NCBI GenBank assembly: GCA_023700245.1
Contig: JAJPRE010000004.1
Coordinates: 24,068-88,067 of the forward strand
Source: Candidatus Thalassarchaeaceae archaeon
Lineage (GTDB): Archaea; Thermoplasmatota; Poseidoniia; Poseidoniales; Thalassarchaeaceae
DNA length: 64,000 nucleotides
Direction of reading: 5' to 3'
Below are positions 58,193-64,000 of this stretch, one piece after another (the stretch's first letter is position 1; every line of letters begins with the position of its first letter). A model generated the notes under the pieces. It did no database searches and had not been told where the DNA came from. It worked only from the letters and a program-made list of their open reading frames with translations. The position numbers were made by a program, and so were the translations under genes.

Positions 58193-60064
58193 TTACTCAT
58201 CCCACCAATTAGGGACATTAAACCAATTTTCATGATCTATAGGCCTGTCTAAGGTCGGTAAAGTTAGAACTTGATATCCTGCAAATATTGTCATACCTAT
58301 TGGTGCACATGGCGAGGGAAGGTAATCTTCCCCAGTCTCAGTAATTACCAATTGAATAGTATGTCCTTTTGGAACTATGACATCCATTGGATTAAACTCC
58401 ATAAGCATCCTATAATTTGTCATAGGATATGTTGGCAATGCATCATATCCTCCATCTCTATATCTAACATCCATAGTTGCATGACCTAATCTTAATCCCG
58501 AAGTTCCATCAAACATTGTTACAAATAATTGCCCTCCATTGCATGTATTTGTTCTCACATCAATGTGTAATGTTGGCAATCCTGAGATATGCATATCATC
58601 CATCAAAGGAAGACTAGTAATTGTCATTGATTGTTGGGAATTAACTGTTCCAGCCATTCCTCCATCCCAGTCTGCAATTGCATACTGAATATTAGTGGTA
58701 TCTTCTGCTGGCCATGTTTCTTCAATATGCCATTCTCCATCATTTCTCTGTACTTGGACATAAGACTCTGGCTCTTCGCCTATATCTTTCAAATAATATT
58801 CAAACCATGGGAATAATTCAACGGCCCAATCCATTCTTGATACGCTTGGAAAAGCCTCTGCCCCGTATCCTGATTCTAACTCTTCGTGAACTGTCGGCTG
58901 GTCAGGATAGTTATGCCCCCATTGTCCAGAAATAGTTCGAACATTAATTCCAGCATCACTCAATAATTGATGTGTCGGGAATGCATGGTATGGATCTACA
59001 TTCCAATCTTGTAAACCCCAAACAATATACACACTTCCTTGATAATTGTCTATTACATCCTGTAAGTGATATCTTTCATCCCAATAATTATTCCATTCAT
59101 CTCCTCCCAATCCCGCACCTAACCAAGTACTAAAGGGATTCAAGGGCCCTATAGCATCATCAGAACAGAATCTCATATCATCAGTAGTAGCATCAGAAGT
59201 TGCCCCTTCATACAGAACATCATAGAGCATTGCCCTAGCTTCACTGGAGCCATTTCGATAGAACATTTGCTGTACTCCGATTGATCCAGATATTGGGACA
59301 ATAGTCTTTAGATGTTCAGAGGGATTCTGTGCAGCTTCCCAATTGGTTGTTCCTGCGTATGATTTACCCATTAATCCAACATTACCATTTGACCACTCTT
59401 GCTCACCAAGCCAGTGAACTGCTGATTGGATGCCGATTTGCTCACTAAGTCCTTTTACATCCTGACAATGAGTAGATTTACCTGTACCGAATGTCGAAAT
59501 TTGGGCTAAAGCATATCCATGAGGCACAAACTCTTCTAATACCCATAAACCGACACCTGCATCAGGAACAGTATTCGGATTAGAATCATCACCAACAACT
59601 CCTTCTCCTCCAAAATCATAGTAAGGATGGACGGTTGCAATTACAGGTATTTTGGTTCCATTAGGGACATCTGGCATCCATAAAGAAACATGCATCAAAG
59701 CGGGCTCTGGATATCCTACATCTTGTTCAGAGATTGGCAAGTCAACTTCAACGAAAAATTCCGTAGGACCAGACCAAGAGTACAAACCTTCAACTGGTAA
59801 TTGACTTCTCCACCCAGTCATGTTTAATTCCATATTTTCTCGTTTATTAATCGGAGTTTCCCACCATTCATATTCTGAATTACTAAATGCACCTGGGCCT
59901 GCTCCGGACCAAATAGTTGAGCTAAAAATCATTCCTACAACTGCAACAGTCGTGAAGAAAATTCCAACCTTTTTACCTATGCTTAAATTGATTAAGAAAG
60001 AAGAGTTTTTAACATCGAAGAAACTCCTTTTTTCAATTAACTCAGCATCCAAGGCATCAACCAT
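58193..60064 (-). CDS. CocE/NonD-family hydrolase (X-Pro dipeptidyl peptidase-like), N-terminal TM
   Basis: GTGKS, W...NGNVGLMGKSYAG, GLQDWNV and GQWGH. Confidence 0.9.
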   Translation of the reverse strand: MVDALDAELIEKRSFFDVKNSSFLINLSIGKKVGIFFTTVAVVGMIFSSTIWSGAGPGAFSNSEYEWWETPINKRENMELNMTGWRSQLPVEGLYSWSGPTEFFVEVDLPISEQDVGYPEPALMHVSLWMPDVPNGTKIPVIATVHPYYDFGGEGVVGDDSNPNTVPDAGVGLWVLEEFVPHGYALAQISTFGTGKSTHCQDVKGLSEQIGIQSAVHWLGEQEWSNGNVGLMGKSYAGTTNWEAAQNPSEHLKTIVPISGSIGVQQMFYRNGSSEARAMLYDVLYEGATSDATTDDMRFCSDDAIGPLNPFSTWLGAGLGGDEWNNYWDERYHLQDVIDNYQGSVYIVWGLQDWNVDPYHAFPTHQLLSDAGINVRTISGQWGHNYPDQPTVHEELESGYGAEAFPSVSRMDWAVELFPWFEYYLKDIGEEPESYVQVQRNDGEWHIEETWPAEDTTNIQYAIADWDGGMAGTVNSQQSMTITSLPLMDDMHISGLPTLHIDVRTNTCNGGQLFVTMFDGTSGLRLGHATMDVRYRDGGYDALPTYPMTNYRMLMEFNPMDVIVPKGHTIQLVITETGEDYLPSPCAPIGMTIFAGYQVLTLPTLDRPIDHENWFNVPNWWDE

Positions 60065-60252
60065 TGCTCTTGCGGCTAGATGATAGCAGATTATCCTAAT
60101 GCTTTGTTGGATAGAATTATTATATTCCTATTTCAACATCTAAAACCAAATTATCTCAATTGATACTTGAATCCTGATTAGAACGTTTAGAGTTTAGATA
60201 CACACTCTTCAGTTACATCAGGACTATGTGCTTAGGCCTAGTCAGGCTATTT

Positions 60253-61155
60253 ATGAAAGTCGCAGTCATACAGATGTCGCCAGTATTTCTAGACAAAAAA
60301 GCATCTTGGCAAAAACTCAAGGCACTTATTCTCGAAGCAATTGGTGAAGGTGCTAGCGTAATTACGTGGGCAGAGACATTACTTCCTGGATATCCAGTTT
60401 GGATGGGATTGACTGATTCAGCACGTTGGAACCAACCCGAACAGAAACGTGCGTATTCGACCTATGTGAGAGAAGCAGTCAGTCTAGACGGGCCAATAGT
60501 TACAGAGATGCGTAAGGTCGCCTCTGAGCATAAAATAATGCTAATGGGTGGTATACTTGAAGCAGGAGTTAGCAGTGTCTACTGTACACTACTAACTATT
60601 GGTTTTGAAGGTGAGATACTTGGTAGACACCGTAAGATAAAAACAACCTACGACGAACGTCTGATATGGGCGGATGGAGATATCGAGGGACTACGTACCT
60701 ACGATACTCCTGAGGGTAAAATAGGTGGATTAAATTGTTGGGAGAATTGGATTCCTCTCGCTCGTGCTGCACTACATCAAGAGGGTGAAATGATTCATGT
60801 TGCAGTCTGGCCTGGTTCTTATTCTCTTACAAAAGATATTACTAGATTTATGGCAATGGAAGGAAGATCTTGGGTTCTATCAGCATGTGGGATATACAGG
60901 GGAGAGGATTTTGGACATCTCTCACTTGATGATTTCCCAATGCGGGATGAAATGCTAAAATTTGGAGGATTACACTCAGGAGGATCTATGATTGTAGATC
61001 CAAATGGTGAGATAATAGCGGGGCCACTCCCAGATTATGAGGAAGGAATACTATATGCAGATGTAGATAGAAGAACAGTTGTAGAAGAGAGGCAAAATTT
61101 TGATTATAGTGGCCATTACAGTCGATCAGACCTTCTTACACTAACAAGAAAATAA
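60253..61155 (+). CDS. Nitrilase (carbon-nitrogen hydrolase; start at MKVAVIQ)
   Basis: Catalytic E (WAETLLPGYP), K (HRKIK) and C (LNCWEN); DYSGHYSR. Confidence 0.9.
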   Translation: MKVAVIQMSPVFLDKKASWQKLKALILEAIGEGASVITWAETLLPGYPVWMGLTDSARWNQPEQKRAYSTYVREAVSLDGPIVTEMRKVASEHKIMLMGGILEAGVSSVYCTLLTIGFEGEILGRHRKIKTTYDERLIWADGDIEGLRTYDTPEGKIGGLNCWENWIPLARAALHQEGEMIHVAVWPGSYSLTKDITRFMAMEGRSWVLSACGIYRGEDFGHLSLDDFPMRDEMLKFGGLHSGGSMIVDPNGEIIAGPLPDYEEGILYADVDRRTVVEERQNFDYSGHYSRSDLLTLTRK

Positions 61156-61241
61156 ACAGACATTAATGAATGAATGTTAGAAGAGGAATTTCTTCTGCTT
61201 TAGCATGGCCAGTTAATCGTAATTATTTAGGAAGGAAAAAA

Positions 61242-62822
61242 ATGAAAACAGCAATAGTATGGTTTAGAAAATCTATCAGGATACATGATAATCCAGTTTT
61301 AACATGGGCAAATTCCTCTGAAGATATCGATTCGATAATTCCTATTTATATCATGGAAGATAAATGGAATCAAGATGAGGGAAGTATTCAAGGACAAAGT
61401 CGTTTGAATTTTCTCTACGACTCTTTGCTTGACTTGGACAGAAATCTCAAGGAGAATTATGGGGCAAAAATCTTAGTTTTCTCCGGAGATCCTGTTGAAA
61501 TTATAGAATCTATAATTAATAGTTTAGACAGTGAAATCAATTGGTTATTGTGCGATTATTGCTCTGAACCTAGAAGTAGGAATGAAATTAATAAAATTGA
61601 GAAAAATTTGACTAATTTGGGAATCCATAGCAAAGTATTTCCAACAGTAAATACCATTTTAGATGTTGAAAAAATCACACAATCAAATAATTTTATTAAT
61701 CCAAAATCATCAAAAGATATAGACAGAATTTTCAAAAAGAACCTCAAAATAAGTCCTGATGGATATCTAGTTGATGAGGCAATTCCAATCCCTCATAATA
61801 TTTGCACAGACTCATTAATATTGGAAGCTGTAATTAAAGGCACCCGAGCTTCAAAATATTATGTTCCATGCGAAGAAATCAGACAGAAATCAGAGCAACT
61901 AATATTGAAATCAGAACGAAATAGTCCCTACTTTCCGGGAGGAGAGAGAGAAGCATTGGCAAGACTCAAGAAGAAGGTTTCAGAAAGGCCTGACTTCGTT
62001 AATAATTTTAAAAAACCGAAGACATTTTCCACTAATGAAAAAGGAAATCCTATGGAACCTACAACTACAGGATTATCGCCATACATCAGTCATGGATGCC
62101 TATCTGTAAGACTTGTATGGAATGAATGTGCAAAGGCCCATTTCAACTCAAATCATACCAAGCCTCCGGAATCACTCCATGGTCAATTGATGTTCAGAGA
62201 AATGTTTTATCTCTTGTCTAGATCTGTTGAAAACTGGGAAGATGATGCCAATAATTCAAACTGTAAACCAATCAATTGGGGAGAATATAATCAGTCGAAG
62301 ATTATTGCTTGGGAGTCGGGAATGACAGGTTTCCCCTACATTGATGCAATGATGCGACAGTTAGATGAAACTGGTTGGATGCACCATTTAGGTAGACACG
62401 CAGTATCCTGTTTCCTCACTCGTGGCCAGTTATGGCAAAATTGGAAATATGGAAGAGATGTGTTTGAAAGAAAACTAGTGGACTCTGATTGGGCAATAAA
62501 TAATGGAAACTGGCTATGGCTGGCTGGAGTTGCACCCTTTTCTATGCCATATTACCGAGTGTATAATCCATGTCCCGATTCAAAATCTAGTTTGAATGTA
62601 GAGGCTATGGAAGCTAACTTTGTACGATTTTGGGTCCCAGAACTAGCCTCATATCCCTCAAAATATATTTTTGAGCCACATTTGGCGCCTTTAGAGGTAC
62701 AAAGATTATCAAAATGTATCATTGGTCAAGATTATCCTTTACCGATAATCGATAGGAAAGTAAGCCGAAGTGAAAATCTTTCGATGTTTAAGGAGAATCT
62801 AGAAAGACTCAAAAGAATGTAA
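61242..62822 (+). CDS. Cryptochrome/photolyase, eukaryotic (6-4) photolyase/animal-CRY type (start at MKTAIVWFRK)
   Basis: WFRKSIRIHDNP, TGLSPY, PPESLHGQL, TGFPYIDA.MRQL..GWMHHLGRHAVSCFLTRGQLW..W, DSDWAINNGNWLWL and EPH.AP..Q...C.IG.DYP.PI. Confidence 0.92.
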   Translation: MKTAIVWFRKSIRIHDNPVLTWANSSEDIDSIIPIYIMEDKWNQDEGSIQGQSRLNFLYDSLLDLDRNLKENYGAKILVFSGDPVEIIESIINSLDSEINWLLCDYCSEPRSRNEINKIEKNLTNLGIHSKVFPTVNTILDVEKITQSNNFINPKSSKDIDRIFKKNLKISPDGYLVDEAIPIPHNICTDSLILEAVIKGTRASKYYVPCEEIRQKSEQLILKSERNSPYFPGGEREALARLKKKVSERPDFVNNFKKPKTFSTNEKGNPMEPTTTGLSPYISHGCLSVRLVWNECAKAHFNSNHTKPPESLHGQLMFREMFYLLSRSVENWEDDANNSNCKPINWGEYNQSKIIAWESGMTGFPYIDAMMRQLDETGWMHHLGRHAVSCFLTRGQLWQNWKYGRDVFERKLVDSDWAINNGNWLWLAGVAPFSMPYYRVYNPCPDSKSSLNVEAMEANFVRFWVPELASYPSKYIFEPHLAPLEVQRLSKCIIGQDYPLPIIDRKVSRSENLSMFKENLERLKRM

Positions 62823-62839
62823 TTATACGTTATTTTTGT

Positions 62840-64000
62840 TTAGAATTCACTTAATATTTCTGCAAATATCATCATCATCATCAGCCCAATTATCATCATA
62901 ACTGTCATAATGTGGCATAAAATCGCAAAAGCGATCTGAGAATTTCGATTTTGTATTTTATTATAGGGGTAAATCTTCTCTACCTTTTCTTTACCGCCCT
63001 TTATCCCAAAGACTACTCTAAAATATGTTGCACGTCTGGCAATTTCAAAGCAAACCAATACGCTCACTAATACTAATATTGAACCAATTACGAGGTTGAT
63101 ATAATATCCGATTCCAAGAAGTCCAAATATTGCTATGGGCAAGAATGTGATATGGAGATGGACAATATAAGTTGGATATACGGCCTCGTTTAGATAACCT
63201 AAATACTTGTTTGGTTTGTTAAGAAGTTTTGAAGCCCAACTGAAAATCAATAAACACCAAAACCAAGCATGGAGTGATTGAATCAAAGCTGCGAAAGTTG
63301 CACCGATCGAGAATGCCGGAAATCCATAATCTACCCAACCACCATCCATCACATCTGGAATGTCAGAAGATTCTTGCAAAGTAAACCAAATAATGGCAAA
63401 GATTGGCGTTACGATTGTGACGGTAATTCTTAATTTATCGATAGCATCGAAATACTCTTCCTTAGCAGAAATCAGTAGATATCCAAATAAGAAATACAGT
63501 AAATATCGGGGGAATTCCCACCACATTCCTACCTCGCCGAATGCCCAAGGTTTGAACAATATTCCATTTATTGCAAGGACTATAGGTGGCAACAATAGAA
63601 TTCCAAGACCATGACGAATACTGAGTATTGAGCGTATAAAATTCACCAAGCTTCCTTCTGGATTATTGCGAACATGGGCGAACAATGGTGTGAGAATGAT
63701 CGAATAAATTAGTAGATTATAGATAAACCAAAGATGCCCATATGGCATATTATCCGCACCTGGAAATATGGTAAATAAACCGACTAAGGAATAAATTGGA
63801 TTGAAAATTCCGAAGAAAAGTATGAATATACTAAATAACAAAGGAATTCCTAGCCTAGATCCTCGTTCCATGACATAAGTCTGCCAAGTTCTGTGACGAA
63901 AAGCAAATGCAGTCCCCATTCCAGAAATCACAAACAGTGCCGCAAGTCGCCATTGATGCATAACGGCAATTACAATGAATAGCGGGATATTGAACATCTT
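62840..64000 (-). CDS. Acyltransferase-3 family (OpgC/MdoC-like) membrane acyltransferase, probably truncated at the right edge
   Basis: HQWRL..LFVISG, R..RLGIPL, YGHLWFIYNL and YLNEAVYPTYIVH; the frame is open to the window end. Confidence 0.85.
   Translation of the reverse strand, partial: KMFNIPLFIVIAVMHQWRLAALFVISGMGTAFAFRHRTWQTYVMERGSRLGIPLLFSIFILFFGIFNPIYSLVGLFTIFPGADNMPYGHLWFIYNLLIYSIILTPLFAHVRNNPEGSLVNFIRSILSIRHGLGILLLPPIVLAINGILFKPWAFGEVGMWWEFPRYLLYFLFGYLLISAKEEYFDAIDKLRITVTIVTPIFAIIWFTLQESSDIPDVMDGGWVDYGFPAFSIGATFAALIQSLHAWFWCLLIFSWASKLLNKPNKYLGYLNEAVYPTYIVHLHITFLPIAIFGLLGIGYYINLVIGSILVLVSVLVCFEIARRATYFRVVFGIKGGKEKVEKIYPYNKIQNRNSQIAFAILCHIMTVMMIIGLMMMMIFAEILSEF

Noticed and set aside
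57722-62822. tspO plus photolyase as a light-stress cluster
   Set aside because: They are separated by unrelated hydrolases on both strands, with no evidence of co-regulation.
2026-63614. The many 60-200 aa track ORFs antisense to or nested in called genes (e.g. 5063-5428, 20386-20994, 33869-34453, 36130-36612)
   Set aside because: They fully overlap well-supported genes on the other strand and have no motifs of their own.
1-64000. CRISPR arrays, transposases, integrases, rRNA
   Set aside because: I saw no regularly spaced repeats, no recombinase or transposase motifs and no rRNA-like sequence.

Overview
A low-GC archaeal chromosomal segment. Gene content points to Marine Group II Euryarchaeota (Ca. 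Poseidoniales); this is inferred from the archaeal ribosomal proteins, aIF5B and deoxyhypusine synthase, plus many SGC/AGC lipoproteins, secreted hydrolases and bacterial-type genes. About 55 CDS are packed densely. The left third is housekeeping: infB, ndk, L24e/S28e/L7Ae, prs, tRNA-Ile(GAT), dys, uvrB, ubiA/ubiD, a geranylgeranyl reductase, ccmF, slyD, S2 and dus. The middle holds regulators, a fatty-acid oxidation enzyme, a Reeler-like surface-protein operon, two glycosyltransferases, a MacB-like ABC system and secreted hydrolases. The right third is accessory small genes and enzymes. I found no CRISPR array, transposase or integrase. Five things stand out. (1) A eukaryote-type (6-4) photolyase/animal-cryptochrome family gene keeps the HHxxRH motif and the Trp tetrad. 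(2) An unannotated box C/D guide RNA at 17885-17956 has a D guide matching the anticodon loop of an intron-containing pre-tRNA-Met. (3) A wHTH-linked operon encodes an 11-mer-repeat amphipathic (perilipin/apolipoprotein-like) protein, two tiny membrane peptides and a membrane protein, and carries a shared GTGT-N7-ACCC motif. (4) A coupled operon encodes two Reeler-like proteins with atypical CxCH and CxxxCH motifs plus a membrane protein. (5) A kink-turn overlaps the SD sequence and start codon of rpl7ae.
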